A stretch of 64,000 nt of DNA from an uncultured Clostridia bacterium (GCA_944412495.1 CALYBL010000017.1:87441-151440), one strand, 5' to 3'; shown: positions 9,394 through 17,220, counted from the first letter of the stretch. Notes: generated by a model not told the origin, from the sequence alone. A program made the numbers and translations.

Positions 9394-11655
9394 TTATCCA
9401 ACATTTTTTAATTTTTCATTTTTATAAAGATGCATATACTTACAAATCCGTTCACCGAGCATGGTGTTGCGTTTATGGAGATTTTCGTTTTTTTCTTTAG
9501 CTCGTTTCTCACGCTCTAAAATTCTAAACAGTAAGCTGGTTTGGCCGACCAGTATTACCTTATGCCTTGCGCGTGTGATAGCTGTGTAAATCAGATTTTT
9601 TTGCAACATAATTAAATGGCTTGTAATTATCGGCATAATTACTATGTCGTATTCAGAACCCATTGACTTATGAACGGTAGTAGCATAAGCGATTTCCATA
9701 TTTGACATTTCTTCCATTCCATATTCCACTATACGAGAGGCAGAAAATTCAATTTTAACTTTCATTACGCCTTTGTTATCAAGGCCAATGCTGCGGATAA
9801 AACCGATATCGCCGTTTGATGCTTTTTCATTGTTTTTAGTCTGCATAACCTTATCTCCAATACGAAAGTATCTATTACCTACTTTCAAGTCTGGAAGTTC
9901 ATCGGTAGGAGGATTCACCATCTCACGGATGCACTCGTTGAGTTTTTCTACGGAAGCCAGCCCCTCCGAACGGAAAGGCGACAGAATTTGTACATGCTCG
10001 ACACCATGTTTTGATACCTCTTCGCAGAAAGTCTGGCAAATCAATTCTGCCGCTTCTTCCTGCGTTTTGCACTTTTTGCGGACGAAGTCATCGCCGTATT
10101 CCAGATAAGCATTGTCCTCATTAAGTTTTTTTGCATTCAAAGCAATGCGGCTGTTCTCTTTCTGGCGAAAGACCTCGTCAAGTACCGTAACGGGTACCTG
10201 TCCGCAGGAAATCAATTCACGGAATACATCTCCGGCGCCGACACTTTGCAGCTGATCGACATCACCTACCAAAACTACCATGGTGTCTGGCTGAATTCTC
10301 CTAAAGAATTGCTGAGCCAGCCACATATCCATCATGGAGGTTTCATCGACAATAATCAGTCCGGCGTCCAAAAGCTTTTTCTGCCTTTCTATATTTGAGG
10401 TATTGTCACCCAGCAGTCCAAGTAGGCTGTGCAAGGTTTTGGCATCATTTCGCCCCGTGCTTTCGGCCATTCTTCTGCTGGCCCGGCCTGTCGGGGCTGC
10501 CAGGATAATTTTTTCATTCGGGTAAAGGGCTTTGAATACCTCGATTATGGCGCGGAGGATGGTCGTTTTTCCTGTGCCTGGGCCGCCGGTGATAATGGAC
10601 AGATTACTGTGGAAAGCCATATATATTGCCTCAGTCTGTCGTTGTGAAAGTGTAAGGCCCAAACCATGACGTACTGTTTCCAAAGCACTTGTTATATCTG
10701 CTATTTTAGGCCGAATAGACAGTATTTGCGCCACTTTTCTTGCTGTTTCATCTTCACATACGAAAAGTTGTGTCTGATAAATTCTATCATTATTACTGAC
10801 AACTTCGCCTTTTAAAATCATCTCTTCCAAAATGGTTATAACTTCATCAGGCTTAACCCGCACCTGTGGGAGCAGGCGTTCATTCAGCAGCTGATAAGCG
10901 GTTTGGAGCAATGTCTTTCGGTCAAGAAACAAGTGCCCATTTCCCTCACGTTTTACCTCAAGCGCGGCATAGATTGCCCCATGAATTCGCACGGGAGAAT
11001 TTAATGGCATATTACCCTTGCGGACAATAGCATCAACACGTTTAAATCCAAAGCCAGAAACTTGACAAAGCTCATAGGGATTGTTACGCAGAATATCTAC
11101 GCTTTTGGCACCAAAATGCTCATAAATTTTTGTAGCAGCGGTTGGTGTTATCTGAAATGGAGACAAAAGAATCATAATATCACGCAGACAACGGCTTTCC
11201 GTATAGGAGGCTTTAATATCCTGCAGTTTATCAGATGTAATCCCGCGGATTTCCAGCAAACGCTCCGGTTCGTTTTCCAGTACCTTCAAAGCGTCCGCCC
11301 CGAAGCGGCCGACAATAAGCGAAGCGGTTTTTTCTCCAACGCCTTTGATAAGGCGGGAAGAAAGATATCCCTGTACGCCGGCTTTGGTCTGCGGAACGAT
11401 TTCCTCGAAATTTTCCACCTGCAACTGATAACCGTGTTTTCCAGTCGTCCATTCACCTTCGAGCGCCATACTCACTTTATCTGTCTGTGGCAGTTCATAT
11501 CCCACTGCTACAAAACGAATTAGGCGATCTCGGTGTCTGTATGCGCTGCGAGCTTGCTGCGGTACGCTCTGGTCATTGGTTTTTACACTGATGACGCAAT
11601 ACTTATTGACAGGATTATAGAAAATTGTTCTGTCGTAAGTACACATATAACTCAC
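9394..11655 (-). CDS. RecD-like (RecD2-type) SF1 DNA helicase
   Basis: 753 aa with a GTG start after AAAGGAG. Walker A GGPGTGKTT, Walker B LIIVDETSM, late motifs ATTVHKSMGSEYD and TAITRAR, helix-hairpin-helix-like N-terminal region. Confidence 0.85.
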   Translation of the reverse strand: MSYMCTYDRTIFYNPVNKYCVISVKTNDQSVPQQARSAYRHRDRLIRFVAVGYELPQTDKVSMALEGEWTTGKHGYQLQVENFEEIVPQTKAGVQGYLSSRLIKGVGEKTASLIVGRFGADALKVLENEPERLLEIRGITSDKLQDIKASYTESRCLRDIMILLSPFQITPTAATKIYEHFGAKSVDILRNNPYELCQVSGFGFKRVDAIVRKGNMPLNSPVRIHGAIYAALEVKREGNGHLFLDRKTLLQTAYQLLNERLLPQVRVKPDEVITILEEMILKGEVVSNNDRIYQTQLFVCEDETARKVAQILSIRPKIADITSALETVRHGLGLTLSQRQTEAIYMAFHSNLSIITGGPGTGKTTILRAIIEVFKALYPNEKIILAAPTGRASRRMAESTGRNDAKTLHSLLGLLGDNTSNIERQKKLLDAGLIIVDETSMMDMWLAQQFFRRIQPDTMVVLVGDVDQLQSVGAGDVFRELISCGQVPVTVLDEVFRQKENSRIALNAKKLNEDNAYLEYGDDFVRKKCKTQEEAAELICQTFCEEVSKHGVEHVQILSPFRSEGLASVEKLNECIREMVNPPTDELPDLKVGNRYFRIGDKVMQTKNNEKASNGDIGFIRSIGLDNKGVMKVKIEFSASRIVEYGMEEMSNMEIAYATTVHKSMGSEYDIVIMPIITSHLIMLQKNLIYTAITRARHKVILVGQTSLLFRILEREKRAKEKNENLHKRNTMLGERICKYMHLYKNEKLKNVG

Positions 11656-11698
11656 AATTTACACTCCTTTATTAAAACTATTATCTTTACATAAAAAA

Positions 11699-12754
11699 TT
11701 AAGCCGCATCTTCATGCGACCTTTTAACATAAAATCTTCTGCTTTCCGAAATGGTAACATAATCTTCGTAAATGTCCGGGTGCTGCGCCTGCAGACGTAT
11801 CAAATTATCCTTGTTGATGACAGTTTTACGAATTGGGTTATAAGTGACCGTATAAGTTTCGCCGCTGACAGAGCAGACCGCCGTACAGCTTTGACCCATT
11901 TCAGCAACAACACGGCCCTGTATGCGTTTCATCTCACTTTCTAATTTCTTTGATTGAGTATCGATCAATCTTTTTTGAGCTTGTAATTCCAACAAGCGAG
12001 AAATATTGCTTGCCATAGGTATAGATAATTCTACAGGCGGCTCATTAGGGTTAGCTGTTCCAAAATAATTGCGGACACTATTTAAAATTAATTCGCCGTC
12101 TTCCGTATAGGGCGGAGGGATTTTTTTCAGGACATAATCGTTCCAGAAATATTCTTCTAACGCAATCAATTCAGATTCATACGTTGTATCCCTAACAATA
12201 TGCCTTATTATGACATCGTCCTCGCTGTTGCCGTACAGGCAGCAATAAAACACCTCATCCATATTCATGACACACATATAATGCCGTCCCTGAACCTCAT
12301 AGTTGACCGGCACAGTTTCCTCGCCGTCACGCCACCAATGCTCTTTCGCTTGGTAATGGGTTGTCTTGATCTCCAAGATGGCCGTTTTCCCGTTGGGTAG
12401 GTCGATGAAATAATCGATATCCGCCAGCATAAATGGATTCTGCGGATGATAGAACATCTTCTTTATCTGATAAACCTTATATCCTGTTTTCACATGGAAA
12501 ATTTCAGCCACCAGATCCTCAAGCAGATGCCCAACCTTTTTCGCCACCCAGTTGCTTTCATATCTGTCGCCTTTGAAAAGATTTAGTTTATCATAATAGA
12601 GGTCCCGTGCCGTTGCAAATGGTGAAACGCCTAATATTGCAGCTGCATCACTACCTCCAATTCCTTTTTTTCGATATTCTAACCATTCATCTTCTGATAA
12701 ATGAGCTGTTTCAACTAAAACTAACGGCTCATAATTTTTTGTTTTAATAGACAT
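11699..12754 (-). CDS. YqaJ/lambda-exonuclease-like recombination exonuclease
   Basis: 351 aa. N-terminal GIGGSDAAAILGVSPF and nuclease core LADIDYFID...AILEIKTT. Confidence 0.8.
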   Translation of the reverse strand: MSIKTKNYEPLVLVETAHLSEDEWLEYRKKGIGGSDAAAILGVSPFATARDLYYDKLNLFKGDRYESNWVAKKVGHLLEDLVAEIFHVKTGYKVYQIKKMFYHPQNPFMLADIDYFIDLPNGKTAILEIKTTHYQAKEHWWRDGEETVPVNYEVQGRHYMCVMNMDEVFYCCLYGNSEDDVIIRHIVRDTTYESELIALEEYFWNDYVLKKIPPPYTEDGELILNSVRNYFGTANPNEPPVELSIPMASNISRLLELQAQKRLIDTQSKKLESEMKRIQGRVVAEMGQSCTAVCSVSGETYTVTYNPIRKTVINKDNLIRLQAQHPDIYEDYVTISESRRFYVKRSHEDAA

Positions 12755-12892
12755 TTATATCCCCCTATTTCGTTTAAGCAAAATATATTTGTTTTTAAAG
12801 TGATGAGGATTAATCTTGCATCTGTTTTTAATTTTTAGACTAATAGGTAAATCTCCTTTTTTTAAAATGTATCGTTCTTTTCTTTCTTTCAT
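12755..12892 (-). CDS. Possible 45-aa leader ORF (MKERKERYILKKGDLPISLKIKNRCKINPHHFKNKYILLKRNRGI)
   Basis: GAAAGGTGGA RBS lies 7 nt upstream of the ATG. Its TAA stop abuts the ATG of the YqaJ gene (TAAATG). Very basic. No homology evidence. Confidence 0.35.
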   Translation of the reverse strand: MKERKERYILKKGDLPISLKIKNRCKINPHHFKNKYILLKRNRGI

Positions 12893-12923
12893 TTGTATTT
12901 CCACCTTTCAAAAATATTTATCC

Positions 12924-12941
12924 AAAAGCTATATAGCTTTT
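12924..12941. promoter_or_regulatory. Perfect 18-bp palindrome AAAAGCTATATAGCTTTT (candidate operator of leftward operon)
   Basis: Read directly. Lies ~30 nt upstream of the leader-ORF start on the minus strand. Confidence 0.4.
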
Positions 12942-12946
12942 TGGGC

Positions 12947-13024
12947 AATAAAAAAGCGAGAACAACACGCATAGCCACACATAGTACTATTGCCCACAAA
13001 AATGCAGGCTGGTGTCATTCTCGC
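12947..13024 (-). terminator. Terminator-like structured hairpin plus U-run upstream of leftward operon (attenuator or small-RNA end)
   Basis: On the minus strand, outer stem GCGAGAA/TTCTCGC (13024-13018 / 12962-12956) encloses partially paired sequence. It is followed by UUUUUUAUU. Confidence 0.35.
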
Positions 13025-13520
13025 AAATAAGGATAAAATAAAAAACAGTAATATAACGGCTATTAAGCACAATTACACTACTGACTTATCATACAAACAA
13101 AACAACATGTGCAATAACAAATAGAATAATAAAAGCACAAAAATCAATTACAATAAAATTATATATCTATATATTGCAGTTGTCAAGTATAAATATACTA
13201 TATATTGTATCATTTATAACAATTAAAGATATAAATATAAAAATATTTTTCTAAATAGCAGAATTTCAAGTAGTTATTTATATTTATTATATGAACAGAT
13301 AAATTAATTGTTTATCTGCAAAGCACATTGACAATTTAATAACCCCCGCCGAAAGTTATACAGGATTTACGGATAGTGCAGCGATGATATGAGCGCACCC
13401 ATAGATTAAATGCCGCATAGCGTCTGCCTGTAAATACACGGTTGAAATAAGCGTAGGAAATGGTTCGGCGGCGCAATTATTAAAATATACGTTCAAAATT
13501 TTATCTTAAATAGGCGGTTG

Positions 13521-13550
13521 TTGTGAATTTACTTCTAAATGTACTATAAT
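13521..13550 (+). promoter_or_regulatory. Candidate sigma-A promoter for xis-int (TTGTGA-18-TATAAT)
   Basis: -35 at 13521-13526 and -10 at 13545-13550. Bracketed by an 11-bp inverted repeat GTTGTTGTGAA / TTCACAACAAC (13517-13527 / 13579-13589). Confidence 0.45.
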
Positions 13551-13608
13551 AATTATGTCATGATTAGGGCCATGCTATTTCACAACAACTGCCAGAAAGG
13601 AGTAAAGG

Positions 13609-13815
13609 ATGGCAGTTGAATTCGACAAAAGCAGTCAAGTTAAAGCAGAAAAACGAACTTATTCAGTCCAGGAAATTGCTGAAATATTACAGATTAGCAA
13701 AAGTATGGCTTATGTTATATGTAAGCAATCTTTATTTAAGACTGTAAAAGTTGGTAAGTACATTAGAGTTTCTAAACCTTCGTTTGATGCTTGGCTTGAC
13801 AGTATCGAAAAATAG
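13609..13815 (+). CDS. xis: Excisionase-type helix-turn-helix DNA-binding protein
   Basis: 68 aa. YSVQEIAEILQISKSMAYVICKQ...VKVGKYIRVSKPSFDAWL is typical of the HTH_17/excisionase family. Lies directly upstream of the integrase. RBS AAAGGAG. Confidence 0.75.
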   Translation: MAVEFDKSSQVKAEKRTYSVQEIAEILQISKSMAYVICKQSLFKTVKVGKYIRVSKPSFDAWLDSIEK

Positions 13816-13827
13816 GAGGAATTCAGT

Positions 13828-15210
13828 ATGGCATCAATCGTCAAAAGAGGCAAAACATATGCTGTAGTTTATTACGAAGGTGAGGGTAAAAAACGTCATC
13901 AAGTTTGGGAATCAGGATTAACTTATTCAAGTGCAAAATCTCGCAAGGCGACTATTGAATATGAAAAAGGACAAAATATCCATGTAGACCGCAACGATAT
14001 TACCGTAAGCGAATTTTTATGCGAATTTATAGAAAAATACGGTGAGAAGAAATGGGTAGCTTCGACCTATGATGGTAATGTAGGGCTGCTCGAAAATTAT
14101 GTTCATCCATATTTGGGCGACAAAAAGTTGCGCAGTATTCGTACAAAGACTGTCGATGACTTCTACCATTTTTTGTTGCACGAGGCTGAACCTGCTGCCA
14201 ATATGGGAAAGCCAAAGCGGGAACATATAAGTTCATCAACCATTCACGATATACACAAGGTTATGAGGTGTGCTTTTAATCAAGCGAAAAAGTGGGAGTA
14301 TATCGCAAAAAATCCTTTTTTGGACGCTACGTTGCCGGAACACAAGGAATCAAAGCGGGACGCCTTAACCCCCGAACAATTACAACGGGTTTTGGATTGT
14401 ACAGACCGTCCGGAAATTTATGATTTATATGTTATGCACTGTGCAATTCAGCTTGCTTTTGCCTGTTGTATGCGTGGCGGAGAGGTCGGCGGCGCTCAAT
14501 GGGAACGTTTTGACAGCGAGGGACAGATTCTTTATATTGACCGTGTAATTGACCGTGTTGATAGGAAACTGATTGAAAAATTGCCAAAAATGGATATACT
14601 TTTTAAGTTCCCGAACCTCTATCCAGGTACTCGCACCGTGATTGTTTTGAAACAGCCGAAAACGGATGGCAGCATTCGTACCGTCTATATTCCCGAAACC
14701 GTTGTAAGGAAACTCGAAAAACTCAAAGAAATACAGATGAAATTAAAACAAGAGTTAGGTGACGACGGTTATATGGATTACGATTTAATCATTTGTCAAG
14801 CAAACGGCCGCCCGATTATGACCGAACATCTAAACAAGCGATTTAAGGAAGTTCTAACTGAGCTGAACGACCCCACAATCAATGTTGACAATGTAGTGTT
14901 TCATAGCCTGCGGCACACAAGCACAGGTGTAAAGCTCCGTCTTTCCAAAGGCGACTTGAAAACGGTACAGGGCGACGGCGGGTGGAACTCTCCTGAAATG
15001 GTAACAAGGCGGTATGCCCATATCCTTGACGAAGATCGCCGTCGTCTGGCTGATGAAATGGAGCAGTCCTTTTACAAGGGCAAGACAGAAGAAACATCAC
15101 AGGCAACAACATCTGCACCCGATCTTCAGGCGGTCGTGAATTTGTTAAACAGCAATCCCGAACTGCTCAAAAAGGCGTTAGAATCCGTCCAGTTTGCTAA
15201 TAAGACTTAA
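13828..15210 (+). CDS. int: Tyrosine-type site-specific integrase
   Basis: 460 aa. Catalytic-domain motifs ..CMRGGEV.., FHSLRHTSTG, RRYAHILDEDRR. Adjacent to a tRNA gene. Confidence 0.9.
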   Translation: MASIVKRGKTYAVVYYEGEGKKRHQVWESGLTYSSAKSRKATIEYEKGQNIHVDRNDITVSEFLCEFIEKYGEKKWVASTYDGNVGLLENYVHPYLGDKKLRSIRTKTVDDFYHFLLHEAEPAANMGKPKREHISSSTIHDIHKVMRCAFNQAKKWEYIAKNPFLDATLPEHKESKRDALTPEQLQRVLDCTDRPEIYDLYVMHCAIQLAFACCMRGGEVGGAQWERFDSEGQILYIDRVIDRVDRKLIEKLPKMDILFKFPNLYPGTRTVIVLKQPKTDGSIRTVYIPETVVRKLEKLKEIQMKLKQELGDDGYMDYDLIICQANGRPIMTEHLNKRFKEVLTELNDPTINVDNVVFHSLRHTSTGVKLRLSKGDLKTVQGDGGWNSPEMVTRRYAHILDEDRRRLADEMEQSFYKGKTEETSQATTSAPDLQAVVNLLNSNPELLKKALESVQFANKT

Positions 15211-15214
15211 ATTT

Positions 15215-15384
15215 ATTAGCAGATTTTAAATGAGCAAAATACGCCGTATTAGCAAATGGTGTGAAAATCAGAAGAAAATACCACTTATAATACGGCATGT
15301 ATTAGCAAAAATTCGGACGCAAAATTTTCCTCTAAATGATAGGTTTAGATGCTAAAATTTAGGGTTAATGATTAGCAATTAGCA
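15215..15384 (+). repeat. Array of ATTAGCA direct repeats (candidate integrase arm-type sites)
   Basis: Copies start at 15215, 15248, 15301, 15371 and 15378. Two occur as GTATTAGCAAA and two as tandem ATTAGCAATTAGCA. Inverted copies lie at 15195 and 15350. Confidence 0.5.
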
Positions 15385-15455
15385 GACAGCCAAAAAAGAG
15401 CGAAAAATAATAAAAGCCGAAAATCCTTTAAAATCAAGGCTTTCGGCATTGTCAG

Positions 15456-15532
15456 TGGCGCGCCAGAAGGAACTCGAATCCCCGACCTTCCGCTTAGGAG
15501 GCGGACGCTCTATCCAACTGAGCTACTGGCGC
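15456..15532 (-). tRNA. tRNA-Arg (anticodon CCT), CCA encoded
   Basis: Hand-folded cloverleaf. Acceptor GCGCCAG/CTGGCGC, D arm GCTC..GAGC, anticodon arm TCCGC-CTCCTAA-GCGGA, T loop TTCGAGT. The T stem is atypical (GGGGA/TCCTT). Confidence 0.85.
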
Positions 15533-15584
15533 ATATTCAATTTTTATCGCCTGTGTAGGCGGTTTGGGGAACACACTCGGTTCT

Positions 15585-15624
15585 CTTAGGAGGCGGTCGC
15601 TCTATCCGGCTGAGCTACAGGGAC
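15585..15624 (-). pseudogene. Truncated 5' fragment (acceptor to anticodon loop) of a second, distinct tRNA-Arg(CCT)
   Basis: GTCCCTGTAGCTCAGCCGGATAGAGCGACCGCCTCCTAAG is followed by unrelated sequence. No complementary 3' acceptor strand is nearby. Confidence 0.7.
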
Positions 15625-15702
15625 ATTTTATTCAGATGCATCTCAACATCGGCGGCAAAGTAAATATGTAAACAGCCGCGCAAAAATGCAGATAACATTA
15701 CA

Positions 15703-15731
15703 ATATTACTTTATAGCGAAAGATTTGTCAA
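15703..15731 (-). promoter_or_regulatory. Candidate sigma-A promoter upstream of the tRNA locus (TTGACA-17-TAATAT)
   Basis: On the minus strand, -35 at 15731-15726 and -10 at 15708-15703. About 70 nt upstream of the truncated tRNA copy. Confidence 0.5.
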
Positions 15732-16019
15732 TATCATAATATAATAAATCTTTTCCCGATGGCCGTTTTAATTGCGCCTTCGCCTTAAAACGGCGGCATG
15801 GATTGGTAATATTTATTCGGTAATCTGCGTAAATTTTCGCCAATATAAAAATTTACACAGATTTTTGCAACGAAAAACATGATAATATTAACCTCAAATA
15901 AACGAAAAAAATCGATATAACAAAGAAAAATAATCGAATTTTTCGTTTTAATAACTAAAATTTCGATATTATATAACTATAAACTCGTTTTTGTAAAATT
16001 TTTTGACGTACGCAGAGAA

Positions 16020-16331
16020 CTACCCGTGCTTCAATATCTGCTCGAAATTGACGGTGTCGACAATGGAGCCGTTTTCGGGATGCGGCCACATTTCGTCGTA
16101 CTTCGCCGTGACGCGCATGTCAAAGCCGAAGTAGCTGAGCGCGTAGTCGATTATGTCCTGCGGCACCCTGCCGGAGCCGTTTTTGACAAACGACAGCCGC
16201 ATGCTGTGCACGCCGTTGCTCTCAAATCGGCTGAAGATTACTTCAGTGCGGTTGACCTTGTAGGACTGTACTATTTCCCACTCGTTTAACAGATTGTCCT
16301 CGAATTTTATTTTGTACTCTCTTCGCTTCAT
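16020..16331 (-). CDS. Hypothetical protein (103 aa)
   Basis: Good RBS AAGGAGG. Core-like GC content. Downstream of, and probably co-transcribed with, the SLOG-like gene. Confidence 0.6.
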   Translation of the reverse strand: MKRREYKIKFEDNLLNEWEIVQSYKVNRTEVIFSRFESNGVHSMRLSFVKNGSGRVPQDIIDYALSYFGFDMRVTAKYDEMWPHPENGSIVDTVNFEQILKHG

Positions 16332-16367
16332 GCGGGCAGCCTCCTTTATGATAAATCGGCAAATGTG

Positions 16368-16753
16368 TCACAGTCCGCCGTGCGGCAGCCTTTTTCTTTT
16401 GCTTATCTTGAGATGGTAAACACGCGTCGTTATCTCCCAATCCCTTGCAAGCTGCACCGCATATGTCAGAAGAAAACCCGGCACGGCGCCGTCGGGTGCA
16501 AAGGCGGCGAGCATGTCTGCGCCGTCGAGCAAGGTCTCCGCAAAGCGGCGGAAGAGGGGGGGTCGCGGTCTGCGCCGGCGTATAGTGAGGTGAGTGGGAG
16601 AAAACGGCTTTTGCAGTATTCGTACACGGGAACCGAAAGGCCGGAGCAGGCGGCGGTGACGATGTGAGAGGTTTCATCGGGCAGATATTGCTCCAGCCCG
16701 CCGCCGAGTGCGTTTTTTGAAATGCTTTTTGAGCAGATGAGAGCGACCTTCAT
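16368..16753 (-). pseudogene. DUF2493/SLOG-like gene interrupted by a frameshift in a G7/C7 homopolymer
   Basis: The frame from ATG 16753 (MKVALICSKS...YAGADRD) leaves the protein-like frame at the G7 tract 16556-16562. A +1/-2 shift restores ..PPLFRRFAETLLDGADMLAAFAPDGAVPGFLLTYAVQLARDWEITTRVYHL.. ending at 16368. Confidence 0.5.
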
Positions 16754-16977
16754 TTTCCGCACCCCGTTTTGCTATAATTAGTGAATTTGATTCACAAAAT
16801 ATGTGAATGATTTCTACAATGCGTGCATTAAATTACAATGTAATTTACGCATTTTGCGTACAAAAGCACCTATAAGCGTGTATTATACACAAAAAAGATT
16901 TATTACACGCAGATTTTGGCAAAAAAATTTGTTACTATTAATTTAATAAGATGTAAACAATATAAAGGGGGATATTC

Positions 16978-17220
16978 ATGGCTCAAAAATTGAAACAAGA
17001 TATGGCCATTGGGCCGAATATCCGTAAGTATCGCCGAGCAATGGATTTAACACAGGATCAGTTGGCTGACCTCATGCAACAACGAGGCTGTAATATTGAT
17101 CGTAGCACGTTATCACACATTGAATTGGGAGATTACAACATAAAAATCAGTTATGTAGTTGCTATATGCGATATTTTGCAGATTGATTTTAATACCCTGT
17201 TTTCGGGCCTCGGCAAATAA
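16978..17220 (+). CDS. XRE-family helix-turn-helix transcriptional regulator (80 aa)
   Basis: IGPNIRKYRRAMDLTQDQLADLMQQRGCNIDRSTLSHIELG. RBS AAAGGGGG. Confidence 0.8.
   Translation: MAQKLKQDMAIGPNIRKYRRAMDLTQDQLADLMQQRGCNIDRSTLSHIELGDYNIKISYVVAICDILQIDFNTLFSGLGK

Larger units (their letters stand above)
1..15584. mobile_element. Integrated AT-rich island / integrative element at tRNA-Arg(CCT); left end outside window
   Basis: Visibly AT-rich compared with core DNA from 15.6 kb onward. xis plus tyrosine integrase lie 245 nt from a tRNA 3' end. Carries a replication/recombination module and R-M cargo. Right boundary is either inside the intact tRNA (about 15456-15480) or at the truncated tRNA copy (15584). 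Confidence 0.7.

Noticed and set aside
15195-15384. ATTAGCA repeats, and other short repeat clusters in the window, as a CRISPR array.
   Set aside because: The units are 7 nt with irregular spacing and mixed orientation, and there is no 25-40-nt repeat/spacer periodicity. No CRISPR-like array is seen anywhere in the window.
15533-15624. The truncated tRNA-Arg copy as a split or intron-containing tRNA, by analogy with group I introns in tRNA-Arg(CCU) of some bacteria.
   Set aside because: The sequence after the anticodon loop is only 52 nt before a complete independent tRNA. No 3' exon with the complementary acceptor strand (CAGGGAC) follows. A recombination scar is the simpler reading.
16782-16799. 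GTGAAT-TTG-ATTCAC as a Rex or CRP/FNR-type site.
   Set aside because: The half-site spacing is one nucleotide off for both consensus types: 5 nt between GTGAA and TTCAC versus 4 for Rex, and 7 versus 6 for CRP. It is noted only as a generic inverted repeat.
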